From Leucoraja ocellata (taxonomy: Eukaryota), in NCBI GenBank assembly GCA_036785375.1, contig JAWMAR010000040.1:806001-870000 (forward strand): a DNA stretch of 64,000 bases, written 5' to 3'. The number at the start of each line of letters is the position of its first letter. The stretch's first letter is position 1. The notes below the pieces were generated by a model, which searched no databases, was not told where the DNA came from, and saw nothing but the letters and a program-made list of their open reading frames with translations. Shown one piece after another: positions 1-12,937 of this stretch. Both the position numbers and the translations under genes were made by a program.

Positions 1-1964
1 TCAACCAGACTCTAATCTCCACTGATGCTCCAGTCTTCATTGTACACTATCATTCTCATTCTCGTTCTATCAAGGCCTGTTCCTGTTCCTGTTTGTTTTA
101 GGCTAAGGGATACTGACTTGAATGGGTATCATGCTAAGCCATTCACAGGTCTGAATGTACTTGCAGCCTTTGCAAGTACAAGAGAACTTAAGAAATAGGA
201 GCAGTAGTAGATCAAGCAGCCCCTTGAGCCTGCTTCACCCCTAAGTAAGACCATGGGCGATATAACGTGTGTCTTTGCTTCAGTATCTTTTTTGTTTCTC
301 ATAATTCTCTGTCTGCATGAGACTTGGAGAAATTCATTGTCTCATGCATCCTTGCTCCTTGAATTCCAAAGATTCAAAACCCTCTGTGAGGGTTCCCCTT
401 GGTCGTTTTTAAATGGGCAACGCCATATTCTGAAACTAATCCCTTGATCATGATTTCACACAACAGCAAACATCCATTCGGAATATAAAAGTCCCTCAAA
501 ATTTTGTATTTTATCCTTTTATTCTTCTAAAAATTCAATGAATATAGGCTTAAGCTGTTCAATGTTTCTTTGACAGCCATTCATCTAATACTCTTATTTC
601 TCACTTTTCAGCGATCATCCTGAAAATGAAAAGATAAGTTCCAGGTTTTACTCTCCATCAGAAAATATCCTGTTAAACCCTTGACCCTTAGCTCCATCAG
701 GTGAAAGATGCTCACTTTTATGACATTAAGACTGAGCCATTTGTTCAGCTGCCTCTACAGCTACTCTCCTTACCTTAGCCGACCAATCCAAATTTTAGAG
801 ATTCTCAAGATTTTGCTCTGAACTTGCAGGTTTCTCAAGTTGCTCTCCTCATCACTCTATGCACTCTTTTAGTGGACCATCCACCCATTTCCTTATCACA
901 CGAACTCTCCATCTTTCCAAATTATTGCTCCAACCAACTTTTCCTTCCTTTTCAAAAGTCCTCATAAGCATTATAGTCTCCCATATCCAAGCCCATTTGT
1001 GTAAACTACTATCAGTTGACTATTCTGTCATGATACCAAAGTAGCCAGCACAGAAGGATGCCACTACAGTAATTGCTGCAGGATGCCTAAAGCTGGGATC
1101 TAAATTTTCCCAATTATTTGATAATCAGAAAGGACATGTAATCAGATAAAAGAGGTGGAGTAATCTGCTTTGCTCCATGTCCACCCACACCGCTCATTTG
1201 CATGTCCACCCACACCATCTTCCTCCGTTGGCCAACTAGAGTAGGGAATCAGCTGAAGTAATGTTGCATCCCGAGTCTGTATATTGAAGACAATACATGA
1301 CTACAATCGAGCCATTTACAGTCTATAGATACATGATAAGGGAATAACATTTAGTGCAAGGTAAAGCCAGCAAAATCCGATCAAGGATAGCCTGAGGGCA
1401 CCAACAGGGTAGATAATATTCAGGACTGCTCTCTGGTTGTGGTAGGATGATTCAGTGTTGTCTGCCAACTAACCTCTCCTGCCTGGAGTCTGAAGAAGGG
1501 TAGCGATCCAAAACATTACCTGTCCATTCACTCCACTCCATGCTGCCTGACCCGCTGAATTCCCCTAGCACTTTGTGTTTTGCTCAAGGTTCCAGCATCT
1601 GCAGTTCCTTGTGTCTTCATCAGTTTCCACGTCTTCACTGACATTTCCTCAGTTTGTGCCAGTTCAGGTAGTGAATCCTGCCCAGCTCCTCGGATTTCAA
1701 TGCAGGACCTCCCCATTTTGCAAACACCCAACTCATGTAAAGCCTGTATACTGAAACAAATGTTTAGGTGACCAGCAGGATGGATTTGCTGATTGCAGTG
1801 GGTCTGCAGGCATCTTTTGCTCTGTCAAAACACAGTTCATGGCTACATTTCTGGCTTGCAAACTATTTGCTTTCCAAACAGTTCACAAGAACCAAACTTT
1901 ACTGTAACTTGGGGAGGACCTGTATGGCTAATTTCAATTGTGTTTGATATGTGTTTCACTGAAC

Positions 1965-2727
1965 CGTGGGGGCGCTGAGAGTCGGCTGCCCTGCCAGCAG
2001 CGTGTTCGTTATTTCGGCTTTTTTTGTGTGTCTAATGTTAGTTTGGGTGTCTTTTGATGTGTCTTGTGTGGGGGGTGGTGGGGGGGGATAAAAGGGGGGA
2101 ACCGCTTTTGGTCGCCTCCTCGACGGAGAGGCGACTTTTTCCATGTTGCCTCCCTCGCGGCCTAACAGCATGGATTGGAGCGGCCTTTCCCGGAGTTGGG
2201 CCCGGAGCATCGGCAGCAGGTGCAGCGTGGACTTTCCATTGCGGAGCGGGGCGAACCCTTGTCGGGGATCGCCAGAGAGGAGTGCTCCCATCGCTGGCCT
2301 AATGATGTTGACATGGGGGGGGGGGGCTGTGGTCTGCACAGCTTCTAGCCGCGGGCGTGGCATGGACTTACTATCCGGAGCCTGGGATCCCTAGCCGGGG
2401 ATCGCCCGAGAAGAGCTCCGACCACCGGCCTGCGGCCTATAACATCCTGAAGCCACGGTCGCCGGTAGGAAAGTGCCGAGTTGGGACCTCCAAGTGTGTT
2501 TGCCCGTCCCAACGTCGGAGGATTGAACATCCCGATAAGAGGGGCTGTACATCCGGCCGTCCGTAGTGGTGACTAAGAGGGGTTATGGTCCCGACCACTG
2601 GTGAACAAAGGAGGAGGACTGGCTGAACTTTGTTGCCTTCCACCACAGAGAATTGTATCACTGCTGACAAATTCATTTCACTGCACCTTCGGGTGCATGT
2701 GATGAATAAAATTGACTTTGACTTTGA
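1965..2727 (+). mobile_element. GC-rich non-autonomous retroposon, copy A
   Basis: T-tract, G-tract, GGAGA hairpin, GCGGCCTAACA, GGAGCGGCC, TTGCCTTCCACCACAG, 3' stem-loop TGCACC-TTCG-GGTGCA, AATAAA, (TTGACT)n. Confidence 0.65.
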
Positions 2728-3949
2728 ACAACCACATAACCTTTTTTGAGTTATCCCAGTGCCAAAAGTTAATGGGTAATGGACGGAGTTGAGAGAATGC
2801 ATGCTGACTCATTCCTCACTGTGGGCATCAATGTCAACTAAACCAGCATGAGCTATTTGACATCTGTGGCAACCTCCATTGTTTTTACAGACCAACCTCC
2901 AGCATCCTATCATCAGGAGTACTCCAGGAACCTAACCAAAATTAACTGCTCATTCTTTCGGAATTCTCAAGAGAGTAAATTTCATACAAGCTTCAGGAAC
3001 CTGATGGTGCTTAGGTCTTCGTATGTGTAAACTCATCATCCCAATTCCAATCCTCAGTGGGGTCTTCCCCATTTTTTTTCCTACATCCTTCAAATGTAAG
3101 TGTTTCTGGCAAGGCTGGCATTAATTGCTCCTTCACTAATAGATCATATGTAGGTGCGGTGGCTCTTGTGAACAGCTCCTTACGTGCTGAAGGCTCTCCC
3201 TTAACCTTGTTCACTTGGGACTTCCAGAAATTCACACAGGATGATAATAGAGAAAGATCTATGTCGAAGGCAGGTTGACATTCAACCTGGGGAACTTGGA
3301 AATAGTTTTCCCTGCTTCTGCTGCAATGATGGAGCTTGTCTTTTATATAAATGCCTCCATAGAAGAGTGGATGAGGTACTGCAACTTATTTCTTAATGCT
3401 ATGGTATGCCTGTAATAGAGAAAATCATGTTTAATCAGGGAGATACTGATTGAAGAAGTATGTGAAGAGATTTAAAAGCTTCGGATCTGATAATGAATGG
3501 TTCATTACTCTCCTGTGCCCAGCTGTGTACATATGGTTAATCAAGTCAAACTATAGAGTTGAGAATGATATAACCTTTTGATTGGTAACATATTTTTGGC
3601 CTTATTGGACTTCTGATGTTCTGTGACCAAGCCATCTTTTGCATATAATCAGGCTATTTGTCTTTTTAACAATTTGGATAGCAGATGGGACTTCTTGTAG
3701 TGGTTGTATTCAGCTCCTTGGCAGTACTTATTGCTGATCATCAAGCACTGGTACTGAGCTCCTTTGATCTTCTTGCAGTTGCATCCATTTGTGAGAGCAA
3801 AATATTTTCTACCAACCTCCTGATTTGTGCCACATAGAGGTTTTACTGAGTGAGAGCACCAGAATACATGGTCCTGTTTTAATACTCAGGATATTTACAG
3901 TGCTTATCTGCCATTGCTTTCTCATGCCCCCATTTAGCCCTCATGATTT

Positions 3950-5360
3950 CTTCCTTAACCTCCTCAATTCCCTATAGCTCTCCATGGATACACTTGATCC
4001 AAACTGCCTGCACTTTACCCATGTCTTCTTTATATTTCCCGACCAGAGATTCAATGTCTATCATCATCCAGGGTTATTTACTCCTACCTGCCTTACCCTT
4101 CATTCTGTAAGGAACATGTATACCTTGAACTTACATTATTATACTTTTAAAGACATCCCACTTTTCAGACGGCCTTTTGCCTACAAATAAACTTTGCCTT
4201 CAATGAACCTTTGCAGGTTCCTGTCTCATACCAACAATGTTGGCCTTGCCCAAATTTAGAACTTTAATTTGTGGACCATCCCTATCCTTACCCACACTAT
4301 TTTACATCTAATAGAACCGCTGGCCTGAAAAAGCTCACGTACTGACTCCCTCCCTTAACCAGGTTTCTAAAATGGCCGTAACGTCTCAGTCGCACAAACT
4401 TATCCACACCTGAGTTCATCCACCTTATCTGTCAGGCCCCTTGCATTGAAATAAATACAATTTAATACAATTGTCTTTCCTTGCTTCTTACCATGCTTAC
4501 CATACCAAGAGTATAGGAGCAGGGAGGTTCTACTGCAGTTGTACAGGGTCTTGGTGAGACCACACCTGGAGTATTGCGTACAGTTTTGGTCTCCAAATCT
4601 GAGGAAGGACATTACTGCCATAGAGGGAGTGCAGAGAAGGTTCACCAGACTGATTCCTGGGATGTCAGGACTGTCTTATGAAGAAAGACTAGACAGACTT
4701 GGTTTAAACTCTCTAGAATTTAGGAGATTGAGAGGGGATCTTATAGAAACTTACAAAATTCTTAAGGGGTTGGACAGGCTAGATGCAGGAAGATTGTTCC
4801 CGATGTTGGGGAAGTCCAGGACAAGGGGTCACAGCTTAAGGATAAGGGGGAAATCCTTTAAAACCGAGATGAGAAGAACTTTTTTCACACAGAGAATGGT
4901 GAATCTCTGGAACTCTCTGCCACAGAGGGTAGTTGAGGCCAGTTCATTGGCTATATTTAAGAGGGAGTTAGATGTGGCCCTTGTGGCTAAGGGGATCAGA
5001 GGGTATGGAGAGAAGGTAGGTACGGGATACTGAGTTGGATGATCAGCCATGATCATATTGAATGGCGGTGCAGGCTCGAAGGGCTGAATGGCCTACTCCT
5101 GCACCTAATTTCTATGTTTCTATGTTTCTATGTTTCACCTGTCCTGTCTCCTGAATGTACTGTGATTGATGTCAACGTCGACTTCCAGCCTCTCGCCTAC
5201 CTCGTTACTGCATTAGATCTCATCCCCCTACTAATCTAGTTTAAACCAATTACAGTGAGTAGTACCTACCAACCTGCCCACTAGAATATTGATCCCCTTT
5301 CAGTTCAAGTGCAACCCATCCATCTTCGCAAGATCACCTCTGCCCCAGAAGAGATCCCAG
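3950..5360 (-). mobile_element. Older CR1 LINE (ORF1 esterase end and ORF2 endonuclease start), split by the 4509-5135 insertion
   Basis: Minus strand WDLFWGRGDLAKMDGLHLN (SGNH-esterase-like ORF1) near 5310-5360, and LNCIYFNARGLTDKVDELR (APE start) at 4400-4470. Confidence 0.6.
4509..5135 (+). mobile_element. CR1/HER1 LINE, 5'-truncated 3' end, young
   Basis: Uninterrupted ORF YRVLVRPHLEYCVQFWSP...[13 protein letters not shown]...TRGHSL...FFTQR..NLWNSLP, then 3' UTR and (TTTCTATG)n tail. Confidence 0.9.
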
Positions 5361-5384
5361 AAGAACAAAAATTCAAGTCTAGTC

Positions 5385-6500
5385 AAGTCAAGAGACTTTA
5401 TTGTCTTGTGTCCCAGATAGGACAATGAAATTCTTGCTTGCTGCAGCACAACAGAATATTAGATTAGATTAGATTAGAATCTTTATTTGCCACGCAACCA
5501 GGGTTGGTGGTATTTGGGTTCGGTACATGATGGTACACTGCTTTAGTTACATACCACTAATAACACAGATCACCGTAATAAAGTGCATCCATACCACATC
5601 ACAAATCACAAATCTCACCAACAATACATAGTGCAAAAGAACAAACAAAGACCATAGACAAGACACTGTATACATCAAAAGTCATATTATTGTCTGATTA
5701 TTGGACGGAATTAAGAGTTCTTATTGCTGAGGGGAAGAAACTGTTTTTAAAACGAGTGGTTTTAGTAGCAAGTGACCTGAGGCGCCTCCCTGAAGGGAGA
5801 GACTGAAAAAGGTGATTTGCTGGATGGGACAACACCTTACTCTTCTTGGGCACCGGTATTATTGATGCCCTTTTAAAGCAGGTGGGAATCTCAGACCTCA
5901 GAAGTGAGAGGTTGAAAATGTCCGTAAAACTCCAGCCAGTTGGTCTGCGCAGGTTTTTAAACAATGACCGGGTATACCATCAGGTCCAGGCGCTTTTCGA
6001 GGGTTCACCCCTCCTGAAGGATCTTCTGACGTTGGCCTCTGTGACTGTGACTGAAATACCGTCATGGCGAATGGGGACTCGGGAAGGCACATCAGTGTTC
6101 TCCCTATCAAAGTGTGCGTAAAATGCTTTGAGCTCATCAGGGAGTGATGCTTCGCTGACATTTTAGCTGTCTCCTGATTTTACCTTGCAGGAGGTGATTG
6201 CATTCAAGCCCCGCCATAGTTGCCAAACGTCCGTCTCATCCTCCAGCTTGGAGCAGATGTCCCTTTTGGCCTTTTTGATAGCCTTACCAAGGTCGTATCT
6301 TGTAGACCTCTGATCTCCAGACCTGAATGCCTGGGATCTGGTCTTCAGAAGAATGCAGATTTCATGGTTCATCCAAGGCTTCTGGTTAGAAAACACTCAG
6401 AAGATTTTTTGTTGGGATGCAGTCCTCCACACATTTCTTTATGAAGAATGTAGCAACTGTGGCGTATTCATTCAGGTCCGTTGCCGAGTCCCTGATCCCT
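5385..6500 (-). mobile_element. Rex1/Babar-like LINE, internally deleted and chimeric with a second 3' end (5460-5835)
   Basis: [40 protein letters not shown], then LPSGRRLRSL..KTTRFKNSFFPSAIR. Two different microsatellite tails. Confidence 0.8.
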
Positions 6501-6969
6501 GCTCCAACCACACAGTCACACGTTTATCTATCCTATCCTCTGATTCCTACCCATGTGAGCATATGGCACTGCGAGTAATTTGGAGATTACTAACCTTTTC
6601 CTACCTATCTCATTTGTGCTAATGTGCACAATGACTTCTGTCTGCTCATCCCCCTCCTTGACGATGTTCTCCTGGGGATTCATGCACTCTCCCTTTCCCT
6701 TTCACGGTGTCACTCATCTATTTTCTGCCTTTGTTCAAATTTGAAACTGAGTCGTAGTCTCACAGCACAGAAACAGGCCCTACAGTCCAACTCAACAACA
6801 CCTCATCGTGGTCTTGTGATCATAAGAACAAAAACAAGTATTAGGAGTAGGCCACTCATAAATTTAAGTCTGCCCTGCCATTAAATATGATCTTAGCTGA
6901 AGTGCCCCAGGCCCCATCTCCTCTGCTGTGCCATCAGTTCCTTGTTTTTCAAATAACTACTGTCCGAGT

Positions 6970-7950
6970 AGTTAAATCTGGATAAAGCAAATTATAAAGG
7001 CATAGTGATATTTGGCTTTGATAGATTGGCAAATTCAATTGGAGAATATGGAAGTACACCAACACTAACTGATTCTTAAAGAATTAGTATATGGTTCTCA
7101 ACTAATTTGTATCCCTTTCAAGCAGAAACACACAACAGGAAACTGTTGTCCAACTATAGCCATCAGAATAATTTTGTTACTGTAAGATCAAAGCAAAAGG
7201 CTGTTAAGATTGCCAAAAAAAAAACAATATGCCTGAGGACTGGGAAAAAATTCATGACTCCAAGGCTAAGGAAAATAAAAATACAATAAAGTAGTAAGCT
7301 GGCAGGAAACATCGAAAGAGCTTGCAAGAGCTTCTGTTAATATATAAAAAAGAAAAGTTTGCCAACATTTAATGTGGGTCCCTTTCAGACAGAGACTTCA
7401 GACAGAAAGGGAGTAGAAGAAATTAAAAGCATTTTTTTCTTTGTCTTCATGGAAGTAGACAAAGAAAATCTTGCATAAATAGTGGAGGACCACAAGTCTA
7501 GAGTAAAGATGGAACTAAAAGAAACTAGTATTATTCAAAATGTGATATTTGAGAAAGTAATGGGACTGAAAGGTGATAAATCCCTTTGACCTAATGATTC
7601 CATATTCCACTTTTTTCATCTTCCAAAATTTTACTGATGCCATATAGATTCCTATTGAATGGAAGGCAATAAATGTAACCTCATCAAATACAGGTTGGCA
7701 AGAGAACTAGGAACTGTAAAATAATTAGCCTGATATCAGTGTTTAGAAAATACAGAATGTAACATGCAGTGGATAAAGGAGAACTGAAGATGTACTATAT
7801 TTAGATTTCTGAAAAGCAATGAATAAGATGGCACATGTAAAGTTATTGAGGGAAATATGTAGGAGCTTACGTACTGGTGAGGTGGAAAGGATTAGTTGGT
7901 GAATAGAAAACAAAAATCATTAATAGACTAGTCTTTATCTAGTTGGCAAG
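6970..7950 (+). mobile_element. Highly degraded CR1 ORF2 fragment
   Basis: Relics of LxKANY, DKSPxP, WKxxNVT, YLDFxKA with many stops. Confidence 0.55.
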
Positions 7951-7989
7951 ATGCACTTGGTAGGAACACTTGGTAGGAAGTGTCGGTTC

Positions 7990-9045
7990 CGACACTTCCC
8001 TACCATTTCTTGACCTCACTATCTCCATCGCAGGTGATAGACTTCTGACCGACATCCACTATAAACCCACTGACTCCCATGGCTATCTTGATTACTCTTC
8101 TTCCCACCCTGCTTCCTGTAAGGACTCCATCCCCAACTCCCAATTCCTCCGTCGACACCGCATCTGCCACCCCCACCCCCACTATAGATGAGGCTCTCAA
8201 CAGGGTCTCTTCCATACCCCGTAACACTGCACTCCCCATCCTCCCACTCATAACAAGGGCAGAGTCCCCCTAGTCCTCACCTTTCACCCCACTAGCCATC
8301 ACATACAACAAATAATCCTCCTTCATTTTCGCCACTTCCAACATGACCACACCACTCGCCACATCTTTCCATCTCCCCCCCCCCGTCTGCTTTCCGCAAA
8401 GACCGCTCCCTCCGTAACTCCCTGGTCAATTCTTCCCTTCCCACCCGCACCACCCCCTCCCCGGGCACTTTCCCATGCAACCGCAAGAGATGCTACACTT
8501 GTCGCTTTACCTCCCCCCTCAACTCCATTCAAGAACTCAAGCAGTCGTTCCAGGTGCGACAGAGGTTCACCTGCATCTCCTCCAACCTCATCTATTGCAT
8601 CCGCTGCTCTAGATGTCAGCTGATCTACATCTGTGAGACCAAGCGTAGGCCGAACACCTCCGCTCGGTCCGCATTAACCAACCTGATCTCCCAGTGGCTC
8701 AGCACTTCAACTCACCCTCCCATTCCGAATCCGACCTCTCTGTCCTGGGCCTCCTCCATTGCCAGAGTGAGGACCACCGGAAATTGGAGGAGCAGCACCT
8801 CATATTACGCTTCGGCAATCTGCACCCTAGCGGCATAAACATTGAATTCTCCAATTTCTAGTAACCCTTGCTGTTTCCTCCCCCTCTCAGCTCTCCCTCA
8901 GCCCTCGGGCTTCTCCTCTTCCTTTTTCCTTTCTTCTCCCCACCCTACATCAGTCTGAAGAAGGGTTTCGGCCCGAAACATTGCCTATTTCCTTCGCTCC
9001 ATAGATGCTGCTGCACCCGCTGAGTTTCTCCAACATTTTTGTCTA
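7990..9045 (+). mobile_element. Penelope-like element 3' part (RT thumb, GIY-YIG endonuclease, terminal repeat with hammerhead motif)
   Basis: LPFLDLTI...YKPTDSHGYLDYSSSHPASCKDSIP and FTCISSNLIYCIRCSRCQLIYICETKR. CTGAAGAAGGGTTTCGGCCCGAAAC at 8955-8979. Confidence 0.85.
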
Positions 9046-9723
9046 ACATAGAAAGGTACAGCATAGGAACAAGCCCTTCGGCCCACAATGTCTGTGCCAA
9101 ACAAGTTAATCTCCTCTGCCTGCACATCATCTATATCCCTCAATACCCTGCTTATCCATGTGTCTATTTAAAGGCCTCTTAAACACCACTATCATTTCTG
9201 CTTCCATCACCACTCCTGGCAGCACGTTCTAGGCACCCACCATTCTCTGCGCCCCTCATTCTGAGATGCTCCACACATTAAAACTTTCCCCTCTAAAGCT
9301 GTACCCTCTAGTTTTTGACAAAGTCTCTTGTTTCTAAGTAAACAACCCCATCTTATATTCCTTAACAGTGCTATTATCTTCCAGTCCTGACATTATGCTT
9401 GTAAACGTTCAGTGCTCCCTTGTCAGTCTAATCACATCTTTCCTCTTTTATGTTTTAAAGGTATAAAGTATCCAAATGACAGTCTAACCAATGCTGTATG
9501 CAGTTGCAGCAAAACTTTCCTCCTCTTACGAACCATGTGGTTTTTTAACCACCGTGTTTACCTGTCCTGATACCTATAAGAAGCTGTGGCTGTACACATG
9601 CATATCTGTTTAGTCCTTCACACCACTCAACTACTTCCTGCTTTGTGTGTGTTCCCATCCTTTCTTTACACTTCTTCAAATACTTTACTTCACATTCCCA
9701 GGCATCAAATTACATTTTCTACC

Positions 9724-10022
9724 TTAGTTTAGTTTAGAGATACAGCGTGGAAACAGGCTCTTCGGCCCACCGAGTCCATACAGCCCGTGATCCCCGCACA
9801 TTAACACTATCCTACACACACTAGGGACAATTTACACATACAAGCCAATTAACCTACATACCTGTACGTCTTTGGAGTGTGGGAGGAAACCGAAGAACTT
9901 GGAGAAAGCCCATGTGATCACGGGGAGAACGTACAAACTCCCTACAGGCAGCACCCATAATCGGGATCGAACCCCGGTATCTGGCGCTGGAAGCTCTGTA
10001 AGGCAGCAACTCTATCGCTGCC
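9724..10022 (-). mobile_element. HE1-like tRNA-derived SINE
   Basis: Minus-strand B-box GGTTCGATCC, conserved GGTTTCCTCCCACACTCCAAAGACG, CR1-derived tail and (CTAAA)n. Confidence 0.8.
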
Positions 10023-10783
10023 TTACAGACTCTACCTACTTTTTTGCTCAAATTACTTGATCACTGTACCATTGAGAAGCAGGCATTGCTGGATTCCCTC
10101 AGGGGAAAAGAAAACTGGGAAAAACAGAAAACATTTAAAATATGTTTGTTATTTAAATTTATGCAGAATTCACAGCAAGCTGAAAATACGTTATTAACAA
10201 TGATTCATCCATCACAGCTTTGACATTTTTCTTAACACACACCAAATTCAATCCATAAATCTGTTCATGTTTCACAAAAGAAATAATCCTTTGTTTCAAA
10301 GTGTGGAGGTTCTTTAATCAATGAGATCATCAAAGACAATCTGGGAGCATAAAAGGAGCATAACAGAACTAAAGGTTAGCCAATTAATCAGATCATTGCC
10401 AAGCATTAATATGGGACAAATTTATCAGTTTCAGTTTAAGATTGTAGTTTATCACAATTAATTAAGCAGCCATTGCCAGATTAGGTTTGAGACCAAATGT
10501 CCAAACAGTTATTAGAAGATTTTTCCCAATTTGGATCATTTTCTCTTGAATGCCAGTTGAAGGGAGACCTGATAGAAGTACTGTGTATAAAATTATGAGA
10601 GGCTTAGATAGGATAGACAGACAGACAGAACCTTTTTCACAGGAAGGAAATGTCAGAGATTAAAGGGCTATAGCTGTAAGGTGAGAGGGGCAAAGTTTAA
10701 TGGAGATGAGTGGGGCAAGTTTTTCACACAGGGAGTGATGAGTGCCTGGAACATGGCGCCACGGGTGGTGGATGCAGATACAA

Positions 10784-10920
10784 TCTTCTTCTTTTGAGTC
10801 CATCTTGTTACAAATGATGACCTCGCTGTCATCATCCATCCTGAAAAGGACGCAAGCTTCCGGCGACAATCAGTGGAAGCCATCACTTGTTGCAAGAGAT
10901 GATGGTGGTAGCAGAATTAA
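10784..10920 (-). mobile_element. Related short retroposon with (AAG)n tail, 5' part missing
   Basis: Minus-strand end TGGACTCAAAAGAAGAAGA matches the 29138-29309 element. AATTCTGCT-ACCACCA sits at the position equivalent to AATCTTTCC-ACCACCA. Abuts a CR1 fragment. Confidence 0.5.
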
Positions 10921-11028
10921 CTCAGGATACTTCACAACTCTGTTCATTTCTTTGTTCTATGATTGAATTGTTGATGTGAAATTAAAGAAAAATGTAATTT
11001 CAGGTGCTAATTTTTAATGCTTACTAAA

Positions 11029-11550
11029 CTAGACTAAGTGGGACCCGTTGGGTACCAGTCACCACAGGGCGTGTGAGCTAGGGGTGGGGGTGGGGGTGGG
11101 GTGGGAGGTGAGGTAAGTATGTGGGCATGAGGGGTTTGCGAGGGGGGGAGGAGAGATGTGGGGGGGAGTGGTCGCCGGCTGCTGGTCGCTTCGCTGGATG
11201 TTAATTTGTGTTTATTGTGTGTTGTTATTATTACATGTATGGCTGCAGGCAACGACATTTCGTTCAGACCGAAAGGTCTGAATGACAAATAAAGGATTCA
11301 ATTCAAAATTGCTGGCCGCTTCGCTGGTCGTTATCCTCTGCCGGGATCAGAGTCATTGCTTCACATCGGTGCCATCTCCGACTACACGCCGGGCTGGGCT
11401 GGGCCGGGTCGGGCTAGGTCGGGCCGTTTCCCGTCCCTCTGTCCGAAAACTATGTCCGGTTGGAGACCACCAACCGGACATCCAGAGCCTCCCGCAGCTG
11501 CAGTAAAGACGCGATGGCACAGGAAAGGGCGGACCGTCCCACGTAGTGGC
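11029..11550 (-). mobile_element. Putative non-autonomous Helitron, 3' terminus at 11029
   Basis: Minus strand GGTACCC-AAC-GGGTCCC hairpin, 7 nt, CTAG then T, which is canonical Helitron 3' end geometry. GC-rich body; 5' end not found. Confidence 0.5.
11198..11309 (+). mobile_element. 112-bp retroposed LINE/SINE 3' tail with 18-bp TSD
   Basis: TGCTGG(T/C)CGCTTCGCTGG at 11180-11197 and 11310-11327. Stem-loop TTCAGACC-GAAA-GGTCTGAA, AATAAA, (ATTCA)n. Confidence 0.75.
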
Positions 11551-11554
11551 AGTA

Positions 11555-12937
11555 AAAGGGACCAATCCAAAGAGGAAGTACTGACACTTTTGAGAAATAT
11601 AAAAATGGATAAGTCTCCAGGTCCGGACAGGATATTCCCTAGGACATTGAGGGAAGTTAGTGTAGAAATAGCAGGGGCTATGACAGAAATATTTCAAATG
11701 TCATTAGAAATGGGAATAGTGCCGGAGGATTGGCGTACTGCGCATGTTGTTCCATTGTTTAAAAAGGGGTCCAAGAGTAAACCTAGCAATTATAGACCTG
11801 TTAGTTTGACGTCAGTGGTGGGCAAATAATTGGAAAGGATACTTAGAGATAATATATATAAGCATCTGGATAAACAGGGTCTGATTAGGAACAGTCAACA
11901 TGGATTTGTGCCTGGAAGGTCAAGTTTGACTAATCTTCTTGAATTTTTTGAAGAGGCTCGGGAAATTGATGAGGGTAAAGCAGTGGATGTTGTATATATG
12001 GACTTCAGTAAGGCCTTTGACAAGGTTCCTCATGGAAGGTTGGTTAAGAAGGTTCAATGGTTGGGTATTAATGGTGGAGTAGCAAGATGGATTCAACAGT
12101 GGCTGAATGGGAGATGCCAGAGAGTAATAGTGGATGGTTGTTTGTCAGGTTGGAGGCCAGTGACTAGTGGGGTGCCACAGGGATCTGTGTTGGGTCCACT
12201 GTTGTTTGCCATGTACATCAATGATCTGGATGATGGTGTGGTAAATTGGATTAGTAAGTATGCAGATGATACTAAGATAGAAGGGGTTGTGGATAATGAA
12301 GTAGATTTTCAAAGTCTACAGAGAGATTTATGCCAGTTGGAAGAGTGGACTGAAAGATGGCAGATGGAGTTTAATGCTAATAAGTGTGAGGTGCTACATC
12401 TTGGCAGGACAAATCAAAATAGGACGTACATGGTAAATGGTAGGGAATTGAAGAATGCAGGTGAACAGAGGGATCTGGGATAACTGTGCACAGTTCCCTG
12501 AAAGTGGAATCTCATGTAGATAGGGTGGTAAAGAAAGCTTTTGGTGTGCTGGCCTTTATAAATCAGAGCATTGAGTATAGAAGTTGGGATGTATTGTTAA
12601 AATTGTACAAGGCATTGGTGAGGTCAATTCTGGAGTATGGTGTACAATGATGTCAACAAAATAGAGAGAGTACAGAGGAGATTTACTAGAATGTTGCCTG
12701 GGTTTCAGCAATTAAGTTACAGAGAAAGGTTGAACAAGTTAGGGCTTTATTCTTTGGAGCGCAGAAGGTTAAGGGGGGGACTTGATAGAGGTCTTTAAAA
12801 TGATGGGAGGGATAGACAGAGTTGACGTGGATAAGCTTTTCCCACTGAGAGGAGGGAAGATGCAAACAAGGGGACATGACTTGAGAATTAAGGGACAGAA
12901 GTTTAGGGGTAACATGAGGGGGAACTTCTTTACTCAG
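11555..12937 (+). mobile_element. CR1 LINE ORF2 reverse transcriptase (stops and frameshifts)
   Basis: KSPGPDRIFP, NYRPVSLTS, SQHGF, YMDFSKAFDKV, GVPQGSVLGP, KYADDTK, WQMEFNANKC. Confidence 0.92.
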
